Positions 53,156-61,829 of a stretch of 61,829 nt of DNA are shown piece by piece; position 1 is the stretch's first letter; every line of letters starts with the position of its first letter. Location of the stretch: assembly GCA_051382335.1 (NCBI GenBank), contig JBBCAX010000045.1:1-61829 (forward strand), in the 5' to 3' direction. Made by a program: the position numbers and the translations under genes. Below the pieces are notes generated by a model. The model had not been told where the DNA came from and ran no database searches. It was given only the letters and a program-made list of their open reading frames with translations. The stretch comes from Deltaproteobacteria bacterium TL4 (GTDB taxonomy: Bacteria; SAR324; NAC60-12).

Positions 53156-53359
53156 ATGAAACGATCAGATCGAAAGCAATTTGAACCAGAAACCCATGAC
53201 GAAAATGAGTTATCAATTCAAGATCGTCTGGATCGAGAAAAATTGGATAAGATGGAATTGGCTTACCTCATGAACCACGAGTTTTTTGAATACGAACTTG
53301 CAAGAATAGAAGCTGAACTCGTGCAGAACTCTAAAAAAACAGGATCGTATTCCCGCTAA
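53156..53359 (+). CDS. Small acidic hypothetical protein (67 aa)
   Basis: ATG 53156 after AAGGCGG; the upstream ORF extension is MITE sequence. Confidence 0.45.
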   Translation: MKRSDRKQFEPETHDENELSIQDRLDREKLDKMELAYLMNHEFFEYELARIEAELVQNSKKTGSYSR

Positions 53360-53499
53360 GGAATGAGAATAAAACAACTTCCCCTTTTAACGCAGAGACG
53401 CAGAGGACGCAGAGAAAATTATTTGATTTTATTCCTCTGCGTTTATCCGCGAAAATCGGCGGCAAAATTAACATCAAACACTTAACCCATAAAGTAACT

Positions 53500-54651
53500 A
53501 TGATTGTTTATGTAAAACACCAGGGAGCAACCATTAACCGGCATGGACAAACACTGGTGGTTCAGAAGGATGATTTCAAACAGACCCTCTTTGTTCATCG
53601 GCTGGAACTTCTGGTAATCGTAGGACATGTAGAATTGACCTTACCTGCCATCAATCTTCTATGTCGTGAAAATATTGACACCGTTTTTATAACGCTCAAT
53701 GGTCGTTATAAAGGACGTCTGGAAACCGAAGAAAGCAAAAATGTTTTTTTAGCCAAACGTCAATTTGACTCTCTACATGACCATGATTTTTGTTTGCGCT
53801 TCGCAAAATCTGTAGTGCTTGGAAAATTAAGTAATATGGCAACGCTGATTGGACGAATTAAACGGCGAAATAAAGTTATCAGTGCTTCATTTTTTGAAAA
53901 ACCTATTCGGGAAATCTATGATTTAATTCCCAAAGCTCAAACTGCCGAAAGTATAGAATCCCTACGGGGATATGAAGGTTTGGGAACCGCATTGTTTTTT
54001 CAAGCCTATCAAAAAGGGTTTCTTGACGACCTTAATTTTCACAAACGGATTCGTAGGCCGCCTACGGATCCTGTCAACTCCTTGTTGTCGTTCTTGTACA
54101 CGCTTCTGTTTAACAGGATGTATGCCGCTGTTCGAATTGTCGGTTTGAATCCTGCGGTGGGTTACCTCCATTCCCTTGATTATGGAAGACATTCACTGGT
54201 TTTGGACTTGATTGAAGAGTTTCGCTCTATTGTTGTTGAAACTTGTGTGTTGAGTATTTTTAATCTCAAAATCCTTAATAAAGACAGTTTTTACTTTGAA
54301 GATCTGCCTGTAGCTGAACCTGAATTAACCCTACGACCCAGTGTCGCAAAAGACAGTATAGGACATATTTTTGAAAATACGGACGATGGTTATTTTGATG
54401 TCGCTGAACAAAAGGTTGAAGAAAATTCACAATTGGAACATGAACCTAATGAAAAACGCCCCTGTCGTCTAAGACCAGATGCGCTCAAACGGGTTCTGGA
54501 GTCTTTTGAGGAAAAACTTGAAACAGAATTTCAACACCCCTTAACCAACACTCGTGTCAATTATACTGAAGCTATGGTCACCCAAGCTCAACTTTTTAGA
54601 GAATTCATTGAGGGAACCCGAGCTGCTTATCAACCACTACAACTAAAGTAG
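53500..54651 (+). CDS. cas1: Cas1 integrase
   Basis: LRGYEG, RRPPTDPVNSLLSFLY, GYLH, SLVLDLIEEFR. Confidence 0.96.
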   Translation: MIVYVKHQGATINRHGQTLVVQKDDFKQTLFVHRLELLVIVGHVELTLPAINLLCRENIDTVFITLNGRYKGRLETEESKNVFLAKRQFDSLHDHDFCLRFAKSVVLGKLSNMATLIGRIKRRNKVISASFFEKPIREIYDLIPKAQTAESIESLRGYEGLGTALFFQAYQKGFLDDLNFHKRIRRPPTDPVNSLLSFLYTLLFNRMYAAVRIVGLNPAVGYLHSLDYGRHSLVLDLIEEFRSIVVETCVLSIFNLKILNKDSFYFEDLPVAEPELTLRPSVAKDSIGHIFENTDDGYFDVAEQKVEENSQLEHEPNEKRPCRLRPDALKRVLESFEEKLETEFQHPLTNTRVNYTEAMVTQAQLFREFIEGTRAAYQPLQLK

Positions 54652-54754
54652 TATAGATCTCCAGAAAAGTTCTGTCCTGGGAACGCGGGCATCTTGCCCG
54701 CAAAAGCAGGCGGGACGCCTGCGCTCCCAGCAGAAATTTATCTGGACAACTATA
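54652..54754. mobile_element. MITE family B immediately after the cas1 stop
   Basis: tatagatctccag...ctggacaactata. Confidence 0.75.
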
Positions 54755-54778
54755 TAACCACTCAGGGAAGGGAGTTAC

Positions 54779-57544
54779 ATGAAAATAATTTTCGGAATGC
54801 ATCTTGATGGTCCAGTGTATCCAGATTTACTTCAACATACCGAAGCCGTAATTGGCGTAGAACAATGCGGCCCCAAGGGACTGCTCAAGACATTGGAAGT
54901 CAAGTTAGGCTTGGGGAGTAAAGGGGTCAGTGAAGCAGAACGCATCGAACAATATCGTCACCGATTACAGCATTGGGCACAACAGAATGAATGTTTCTAT
55001 CGATCATCTTTAGCAGTCGATAGTACAACAGTCGCGTTGACCTTACTTTCGTGGCGGGATGACCTGATTCTTTATGGATGGAAAACAGACTCTCACGAAA
55101 ATACGCCGGCTCGTTTAAAAACATTGGCTATGGTTGAGGAACTGAAAGATCCCCATGTCCCTGAATTATCGCCAGGCTTTTCAGATCGTATGCGGACGGT
55201 TCTTGTCCATCTTCCGCAGGAGCTGATTGATCTTCAGACGGTTCATGTGACTGGCCTTCGAAACGATTATCCTGCTCCCTGGCTTGAGCTTTTCAGCAAA
55301 CTTGAAGAAAGCAAGGTTCAGCTTACAGAAGATCGGCCCTTGAAAATAAAGGCCTCAGGCGATTTGGGGCAACTCCAGAAACTATTATTGGCTCATAACA
55401 AAAGGTCAGAAAAACGAATTTTGCAGGGAGATGGTTCTTTGGTAATTCTCAGAAGTGCGTCTGAAACACAAGCCTCCGATGTCTTATCCAATTGGCTTTT
55501 TGAGTATGCTAAGCCTTCATCATTACTTATTGTGCCTGAAGAAGAAATGGCACTGGACCAGGTTCTGATGGAGCAAGGACTTCCCTCTTTAGGAATAAAC
55601 AGAAATTCTAAAAACCGTCCTGTTCTACAACTTATTCCCTTAGCATTTGCTTTACGTTGGGAGCCTCTTAATCCCTTTCGTCTTTTGGAGTTTCTCAGCC
55701 TTCCTGAAAATCCGCTTTCTCAAAATCTGAGCCGACGTTTGGCGGAAGTCGTTGCGGCACAACCTGGAATTGGCGGAGAGTTGTGGAACGACACGATTGA
55801 TTCCTGGCTTCAATCAATCCGGATTCGGAGCAAAGAAAACCAGGAAAAGGAGGGAACCGCAATTACAGCTCAAGCACTTGAAGACGAATGGATTCAAGGG
55901 GAAAACCAAACAAAGCAGGACCTAACGAAATGGCTCCAGGGTAAACGCTTTAATCCAGAAATTGGAATTCCACGGCAACAGGCTACAGAATGGGCTCAAC
56001 AGCTTAAAGCGTGGGCACACATGCGGCTTCACAGAAAAGTTAACGAGATTACACCAGGAATGTCCCTTTTGGTTTCTCAACTCTCACAGCTCATCAAGCT
56101 CATTGCTCAGGCAAAAGAAGAACATCTCAATGAACTGCTGCTCCAGCATTTAATTGACTTAGTCCAAGGTAGAGGAACGGCTTTATCAACCATCCGACGA
56201 GAGGCGGGGCATATTCCCTTCGTGAATCATCCTGAGGCCGTTATTGGTGAGGTAGACCAAATTATCTGGTATGATTTTGTAAAGGAGCAGGCTTTTCAGC
56301 CTTTTCGCAGGGTCTGGAATTCTGAAGAAAGCGCTTATTTGGCGGAAAGAGGGATTTTATTACCAAGTTTGCAAGCCCAAGCAAACCTCATCTTCAAAGG
56401 CATGCGACCTCCTTTTTTTCTCGCAAAGCAAAGGCTTATATTGGTCATTCCAGAAAAGGTTCGAGGGGATGAGGTCTCACCGCATCCACTCTATGAGCTA
56501 CTGTCAGTCTGCTTTGAAAACTTACACACCCTTGAATTTTCGCCTAAACAGTGGCTTGAGGGGCGCCAAAAAATTATAGAAGCGTTGAATACAAAGAAGC
56601 TTGAAATTCGAAAATTGCCTGAAGCCCGTCGATGGTGGAAATTATCCAAGGGATCCTTATTGGAACAAAAAAACTCAGAATCTTACTCAAGTCTGGACGC
56701 TCTGTTTTATTATCCCTTCAAATGGGTCCTTCAACATCAGGCAAGATTAGAGTCTGGAACCTTCCTCAGTGTAGATGATGGCAATTCTCTAAAAGGAAAT
56801 CTGGCTCATCGCATCATACAGGAACTGCTAAAATCGGAGGGTCCTCTGGAACAAGGGAGTCCTGCAAGATTAGAACAATGGTTGGATCACCATTTACCTT
56901 CCTTACTGAATCAGTATGGCGCGGTGCTGCAACTACCTGGGAGAGAAATGGAGCGAACACGCTTTGCTCAATTCCTCACACAAGCCGCCAGAACTTTAGT
57001 TTCATTCATTAAGGTTAATGGATGGCAAATCGGTGAACTGGAGAAAGAAGTTTCAGGAATGTTGAATAAGCAACCTCTTAAGGGACGAATTGATCTGCTC
57101 CTTTATAACCAAAAAGGGGAACAAGTCGTTGTTGATCTGAAATGGGGGGGTACCCTTTATCGAAAGGCAGAGCTTGAAAAAAACCAGGCGCTTCAATTGA
57201 CGCTCTACGCTCGTATGTTGAATCCGGAAACGTGGCCCCATCAAGCCTATTTTATTCTGAGTGACAGCACGATGCTTGCGCCAAATACACAAGCATTTAA
57301 AGAGCCACTCCTTGCCAGAATGAAAGAGGGCGAAAGTCCTGCCACGCTTTGGCTGAGGATGGAAAAAACCCTGCTGTGGCGTTGGGAACAGTTGCAAGAA
57401 GGCTGGATCGAGGTTCCGGTCGCCGGTACTTTTAAAGATCATGGTTCTTTCTATCCTTCTAATCCTGAACCTCCGGACGATATTTTGCGCATGAAAGATT
57501 CACCTGATCGGTTTAACGATTTTGATTTATTGACAGGCTATTAA
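54779..57544 (+). CDS. AddB-like protein: degenerate helicase scaffold + C-terminal PD-(D/E)XK nuclease
   Basis: No Walker A; SYSSLD...YPFKWVL, GNLAH, KGRIDLL, VVDLKWG, LQLTLY. Confidence 0.85.
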   Translation: MKIIFGMHLDGPVYPDLLQHTEAVIGVEQCGPKGLLKTLEVKLGLGSKGVSEAERIEQYRHRLQHWAQQNECFYRSSLAVDSTTVALTLLSWRDDLILYGWKTDSHENTPARLKTLAMVEELKDPHVPELSPGFSDRMRTVLVHLPQELIDLQTVHVTGLRNDYPAPWLELFSKLEESKVQLTEDRPLKIKASGDLGQLQKLLLAHNKRSEKRILQGDGSLVILRSASETQASDVLSNWLFEYAKPSSLLIVPEEEMALDQVLMEQGLPSLGINRNSKNRPVLQLIPLAFALRWEPLNPFRLLEFLSLPENPLSQNLSRRLAEVVAAQPGIGGELWNDTIDSWLQSIRIRSKENQEKEGTAITAQALEDEWIQGENQTKQDLTKWLQGKRFNPEIGIPRQQATEWAQQLKAWAHMRLHRKVNEITPGMSLLVSQLSQLIKLIAQAKEEHLNELLLQHLIDLVQGRGTALSTIRREAGHIPFVNHPEAVIGEVDQIIWYDFVKEQAFQPFRRVWNSEESAYLAERGILLPSLQAQANLIFKGMRPPFFLAKQRLILVIPEKVRGDEVSPHPLYELLSVCFENLHTLEFSPKQWLEGRQKIIEALNTKKLEIRKLPEARRWWKLSKGSLLEQKNSESYSSLDALFYYPFKWVLQHQARLESGTFLSVDDGNSLKGNLAHRIIQELLKSEGPLEQGSPARLEQWLDHHLPSLLNQYGAVLQLPGREMERTRFAQFLTQAARTLVSFIKVNGWQIGELEKEVSGMLNKQPLKGRIDLLLYNQKGEQVVVDLKWGGTLYRKAELEKNQALQLTLYARMLNPETWPHQAYFILSDSTMLAPNTQAFKEPLLARMKEGESPATLWLRMEKTLLWRWEQLQEGWIEVPVAGTFKDHGSFYPSNPEPPDDILRMKDSPDRFNDFDLLTGY

Positions 57545-57557
57545 GGGGAAAGGTCTT

Positions 57558-60500
57558 ATGAACACACCCAATATTCAAATCATCAGTGCTGGCGCTGGAA
57601 GTGGAAAAACATATAGACTGGTCCAGGAATTGACACAATTACTTGACCCCGCAAATCCGGGGCATATCCGTCCCGATAGCGTTATTGCCACAACTTTTAC
57701 CAAAAAAAACGCGGCAGAATTAATAGAGCGAATTCGTGGAAATCTGCTGGAAAAAGGTTGGACGGACATCGCCAATCAGCTAGAAACTTCTTTTATTGGA
57801 ACAGTTCATTCTGTCTGTGAGCAATTATTAAAGCAATTTGCCTTTGAAGCAGGGTTATCGCCTAAATTGGAGGTCATCCCCAAGGAAGAACAAAATCTGT
57901 TATTTCAACAGGCTTTGTCCGCACTGATCGATGAACGCCTAGAACAATTGTCGCAAATCAGCTACCGTTTCCATGACGAACTGGATTGGCCTTGTGTTGT
58001 CAGAACCATTGCTGAGGCCGCAAGAACCAATAACCTGAAGCAAGAGGATCTGCTTGCCTGTGCTCAACGTTCTTTGGAGGCTTTGATGCGTTTTTATCCT
58101 GAGTCCTCTAACGAAACACCTGAAGCTATGGACCAACAACTTTTGAGTATTATTGAACAAGCCCTTGAAGACACACAGCAAGTCGGAGATTCAACAAAAA
58201 CCACAGCGGAGTATTTAACTTTTTTGGAAATCATCGCAAATTCGCTCAAACAAAATCGTCCTGTCCGTTGGTCAGAATGGGTCAAATTAACCAAAGCGGA
58301 ACCAGCAAAACGATCCATCGCTTCAAGTAATTCAGTCAGGCAATATACCTTGAAACACCGTGAACATCCAAGACTTCACGCTGATCTCAAGTTATGGATT
58401 ACCCTTGTTTTTGACTTAGCCGCAGAAAGCCTGACCCATTATCAAGAGTTTAAACAAAAAAGGGGTTTGATTGACTTTGGGGATCAAGAAGTTTTGCTCT
58501 TAAACTTACTGGAGCATCCTGAAGTACAGAAGCAATTACAGGAGGAGATTGCTGTTTTGATTGTTGACGAATTTCAGGATACGAATCCGATTCAGTTAGC
58601 AATTTTTTTGAAACTCAGTCACTTGGTAAAACGTTCGATCTGGGTTGGAGACCCCAAACAATCCATCTATGCTTTTCGTGGCGCTGATCCCGCCTTGATG
58701 GCGTCCGTGGTTCAGGCGATTGGCATACAAAAAGACGATATTCTTGGCACCTCTTATCGCTCACGGAAAGCTTTGGTAGACTTCACCAATGCTTTATTTA
58801 TTCCAGCCTTTTTAAAACTCAAGCTCCCCATAGAGCAAATTCAATTATCCTCAGACAGAACGTTGGATGCTTCAGAATTACAACCCGCGCTTCAACATTG
58901 GAAAATTGAGGCAAAAAATAAAGCACAAATGACTGCGGCAATGGCCAACGGAATTTTTAATTTACTGAAAGAACCCTGTCACGTCTGGGACAAAAATGAG
59001 CAAAAAATTCGCCCAATACGTCCTAATGACATTGCGATACTGTGTCGAACCCATGAGGATTGTGCCGAGATGGCTCGGGCTTTAACGGCAATGAGGTTAC
59101 CTGTCGCCTTAGCACAGGAGGGGTTAATCTTAACACCTGAAGCCAAATTGGTTTTAGCGGCATTAAGAAAATTGCTTGACACCAACGACACTTTGGCAAC
59201 GGCTGAAATTTTGATTCTTACGGAACATGACCTCCAACCCGAAACTTGGCTGGAAGATCGCTTAAACTATTTGCAGACACAGCAACCCTCCTCTTCCTGG
59301 AAATCAGATCACACCGTCATTGCCGCAATTGAACGATTGCGGCCTTTGCTGAACGAGTTTTCCCCCTCCGAAGCTTTGGATCACCTCATTGAAAAGCTGG
59401 ACCTTCGTCGGATGATCGCAGGTTGGGAAAACCCGGAACAACGCTTTAGTAATCTGGAAGTGTTGCGAAGAATGGCAGGTGAGTATGAAAAGAGCTGTGA
59501 GCGAATGGGAAGTGCTTCAACCGTGAGTGGCATGTTATTGTGGCTGCGGAATTTGGAAAAGGGTGGGAATCAGGGAATGGAAACTCAGAAGGACGCGATT
59601 GACGTATTAACTTACCATACCGCCAAAGGATTGGAATGGCCTGTTGTTGTAGTCTGGGGACTTGAAAAGGATTTGAAAACCCGTCTGTGGAGTGTCGAAA
59701 TTATTGATGAACGACTGGAAAATAAACAACCGATTGACCTCGAACAGCCCTTGGCGAATCGCTGGATTCGCTATTGGCCTTGGCCCTATGGAAAACAAAA
59801 AAAAGAAACGGGATTACAGGAACAAGTGGAACAATCTCCAATTTATGACAAAGCTTTCTTTGCTGCCCAAACAGAAGAATTGCAGCTTCTTTATGTTGGC
59901 ATGACCCGAGCGAGAGATTATTTAATCCTTCCCATTCGCAAAACACCAACACAATGGTTGGACCTTGTTTTGGAAATGGGAAATCACCAACTGAATTTTC
60001 CCACCAGCCCCGGAATGTCTCAGCTAACTTTAAATGCTTCCAAACTGGAGCTCTTTACTCTTGAACCCAAAGAGGCAGATTCTGTTTTGGATCCATTGCC
60101 GATCGTTACCTGGGTTAAGGCTCGAAAAGGTCGTCAATATGCTCCACAGACGCCTGTCGCGCCCTCTTCCCTTGTGCCTGATGATGCGTCTCCTGTAAAG
60201 CTTGGAGCAACCATTGCTGTGCGCCACAGGGTCGCTATTACAGGAAATCCAGAGATGGATCAACTGGGAAATGCCTTACATGCCTTCTTGGCAGCAGATC
60301 ACCAAACATCAACTCCTGAGAAAAGACAACGGATGCTGGTAGGCTTGTTGGAACGTTTTGGTGTAAAAGGAAGTGTTCTTGTTGAGGATGTGATTCATTA
60401 TGTTGACGAATTTTATAAATTAATTGAAACCCGGTTCCACCCTATAAAAATGCTGCGGGAGTGTCCTCTTCAAATGAAATGGGAAAATCAAATTCTTAAA

Positions 60501-60722
60501 GGAACTGCGGACTTGCTTTTGGAAACGACGGATGGATGGGTTGTCATTGATCATAAATCCTATCCTGGAAAACGAAATCACTGGGCTGAAGAAGCCATAA
60601 AATATTCAGGGCAACTCAAAGCCTATGCTGAAGCTGTAAACGCGGCTACCCAAAAACAGGTTATCGCAACCTACCTCCACTTTGCCCTTGGAGGAGGTTT
60701 GGTAGAAGTACAGTTCTCTTGA
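57558..60722 (+). CDS. AddA-like UvrD/SF1A helicase with C-terminal RecB-type nuclease
   Basis: AGAGSGKT, VDEFQDT, VGDPKQSIYAFRGAD, HTAKGLEW, LYVGMTRARD; GTADLL, VIDHKS, QLKAY. Confidence 0.93.
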   Translation: MNTPNIQIISAGAGSGKTYRLVQELTQLLDPANPGHIRPDSVIATTFTKKNAAELIERIRGNLLEKGWTDIANQLETSFIGTVHSVCEQLLKQFAFEAGLSPKLEVIPKEEQNLLFQQALSALIDERLEQLSQISYRFHDELDWPCVVRTIAEAARTNNLKQEDLLACAQRSLEALMRFYPESSNETPEAMDQQLLSIIEQALEDTQQVGDSTKTTAEYLTFLEIIANSLKQNRPVRWSEWVKLTKAEPAKRSIASSNSVRQYTLKHREHPRLHADLKLWITLVFDLAAESLTHYQEFKQKRGLIDFGDQEVLLLNLLEHPEVQKQLQEEIAVLIVDEFQDTNPIQLAIFLKLSHLVKRSIWVGDPKQSIYAFRGADPALMASVVQAIGIQKDDILGTSYRSRKALVDFTNALFIPAFLKLKLPIEQIQLSSDRTLDASELQPALQHWKIEAKNKAQMTAAMANGIFNLLKEPCHVWDKNEQKIRPIRPNDIAILCRTHEDCAEMARALTAMRLPVALAQEGLILTPEAKLVLAALRKLLDTNDTLATAEILILTEHDLQPETWLEDRLNYLQTQQPSSSWKSDHTVIAAIERLRPLLNEFSPSEALDHLIEKLDLRRMIAGWENPEQRFSNLEVLRRMAGEYEKSCERMGSASTVSGMLLWLRNLEKGGNQGMETQKDAIDVLTYHTAKGLEWPVVVVWGLEKDLKTRLWSVEIIDERLENKQPIDLEQPLANRWIRYWPWPYGKQKKETGLQEQVEQSPIYDKAFFAAQTEELQLLYVGMTRARDYLILPIRKTPTQWLDLVLEMGNHQLNFPTSPGMSQLTLNASKLELFTLEPKEADSVLDPLPIVTWVKARKGRQYAPQTPVAPSSLVPDDASPVKLGATIAVRHRVAITGNPEMDQLGNALHAFLAADHQTSTPEKRQRMLVGLLERFGVKGSVLVEDVIHYVDEFYKLIETRFHPIKMLRECPLQMKWENQILKGTADLLLETTDGWVVIDHKSYPGKRNHWAEEAIKYSGQLKAYAEAVNAATQKQVIATYLHFALGGGLVEVQFS

Positions 60723-60864
60723 GACGAAACGCCTAGGTAGGGTGCCGCTTAAGCGAAGCGAGCGCACCACCAAAATGAAGATTTCACACGTTCCCAGTAT
60801 TGAGACAAGAGTTACTGTCTGGAAGTTTAGATACCCATACCAAAATACGATTAAGCGAGGAACC

Positions 60865-61149
60865 ATGGATCACAGATTGATCATTACTTATGATATAACG
60901 GATGATAAAATTAGAACCCTCATTCATAAATATTTACGAAACTATGGCATCAATTCTCAAAAATCGGTCTTTGAAATGATTGTCAATGACAACGAAATGA
61001 GAAAAATTATCGATTTTCTTATCGAGTTACTTCCCCATGATCCCAAAGACACTGTGCGTATTTATGAAATTTGTAAACCCTGTACCCGCCATATTAGTAG
61101 ATTGGGTGAAGGAATCGATCTTAATCCTTTTGCTTATGAAATTATATGA
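60865..61149 (+). CDS. cas2: Cas2
   Basis: IITYDITDD, YGINSQKSVFE, DTVRIYEIC..C; GAGG RBS before ATG 60865. Confidence 0.92.
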   Translation: MDHRLIITYDITDDKIRTLIHKYLRNYGINSQKSVFEMIVNDNEMRKIIDFLIELLPHDPKDTVRIYEICKPCTRHISRLGEGIDLNPFAYEII

Positions 61150-61433
61150 ATGGTAAACCTTATCTTGTTGTCTATGATATTGCTGACGAAAAGCGATTGA
61201 CAAAAATTGCGAAAATTATGGAAGGCTATGGCATTCGCGTTCAGAAATCAGTATTTGAAACAATATTGAACTCTCAAAGTTTAAGAAGCTTGAAGTTTAA
61301 GCTTATTGATGTCATAGACCCTATTGAAGATGGTGTCAAATTCTTCCAACTCTGCGTTCGATGTCAGCAACGTACCAGTATTGTTGGAATAGGTGAAATA
61401 CCTGACTTATTACAAAAAGTAATGGTAATTTAA
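61146..61433 (+). CDS. cas2: Cas2 (second paralogue)
   Basis: YLVVYDIADEKRL, YGIRVQKSVFE, LCVRC. Confidence 0.95.
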   Translation: MNGKPYLVVYDIADEKRLTKIAKIMEGYGIRVQKSVFETILNSQSLRSLKFKLIDVIDPIEDGVKFFQLCVRCQQRTSIVGIGEIPDLLQKVMVI

Positions 61434-61658
61434 TTTTCCGCCAACCTAAATCAAGTTTTTAGACAAAAACATAAGCTATTGATATTAAAAGTTTTTTTAT
61501 AATTATTAAGAATGGGGTTGGCGACTCAATAATAATCAATAATAACAGTAAGTTAAAAATATGGTGTTAAAATGATCACGAAATTTATAAGTTTTTGCGA
61601 GAGGTTGGCGTTTTCAGGGCCTGAAGCCCTTGCAAAATCAAGCCGCGCCAGCTCCTGC
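61434..61658 (+). promoter_or_regulatory. CRISPR leader
   Basis: AT-rich non-coding region between cas2 and the first repeat; recurring GGTTGGCG motif. Confidence 0.8.
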
Positions 61659-61829
61659 CTAAGAACTGACCTGATTTAAGAAGGGATTACGACAACAACG
61701 TCTGCGCCTCGTTCAGCATGTACTCTTCGACTAAGAACTGACCTGATTTAAGAAGGGATTACGACCCTAGACTGTTAAGCGGTTCCCGCTAGAGGTTCCT
61801 TACTAAGAACTGACCTGATTTAAGAAGGG
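61659..61829 (+). CRISPR. CRISPR array start; repeat (A)CTAAGAACTGACCTGATTTAAGAAGGGATTACGAC (35-36 bp), 36-37-bp spacers, cut by the window end
   Basis: Repeats at 61659, 61731, 61803 (partial) separated by two unique spacers. Confidence 0.97.

Noticed and set aside
53500..61433. RT, Cas4 or primase-polymerase in the adaptation module
   Set aside because: No YxDD RT motif, Cas4 cysteine cluster or AEP motifs seen
61694..61802. Self-targeting spacers
   Set aside because: No match noticed within the window by eye; an alignment is needed to exclude it

Overview
Bacterial genomic window, about 42% GC by eye; gene content suggests a deltaproteobacterium-like lineage (inference only). Left half: signalling and envelope genes, an orphan double-leader NHLP RiPP precursor, and a 1524-aa hydrolase-like gene. 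The 3' ~470 bp of that gene is duplicated around a 6.4-kb island of deletion-collapsed defence genes (DUF499/DUF1156/helicase, PglX-like, AIPR-like) in which an AAA-ATPase/DUF4276 pair is intact. Then dapA and a CheY-less chemosensory operon with a CheD-CheB fusion. Right third: a complete type III-A CRISPR-Cas locus (cas6, cas10 with HD and GGDD, csm2-5) with a Card1/Can2-type CARF nuclease, a 106-aa half-SAVED-like protein, a Cad1-type CARF-adenosine deaminase, cas1, two cas2, a leader and the start of the array. Most novel signals: (1) an AddAB-like nuclease/helicase pair lodged between cas1 and cas2; (2) a 4.36-kb Cad1-carrying segment bounded by a 9-bp direct repeat that splits a STAS-like gene in circularly permuted order, as expected of an integrated circle; (3) a 36-bp duplication flanking a 39-bp palindromic insert inside csm4, with the geometry of an ectopic spacer integration; (4) the half-SAVED candidate ring nuclease or regulator. 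Several MITE/REP-like families are dispersed throughout. All calls come from motif recognition by eye; no database search was run.
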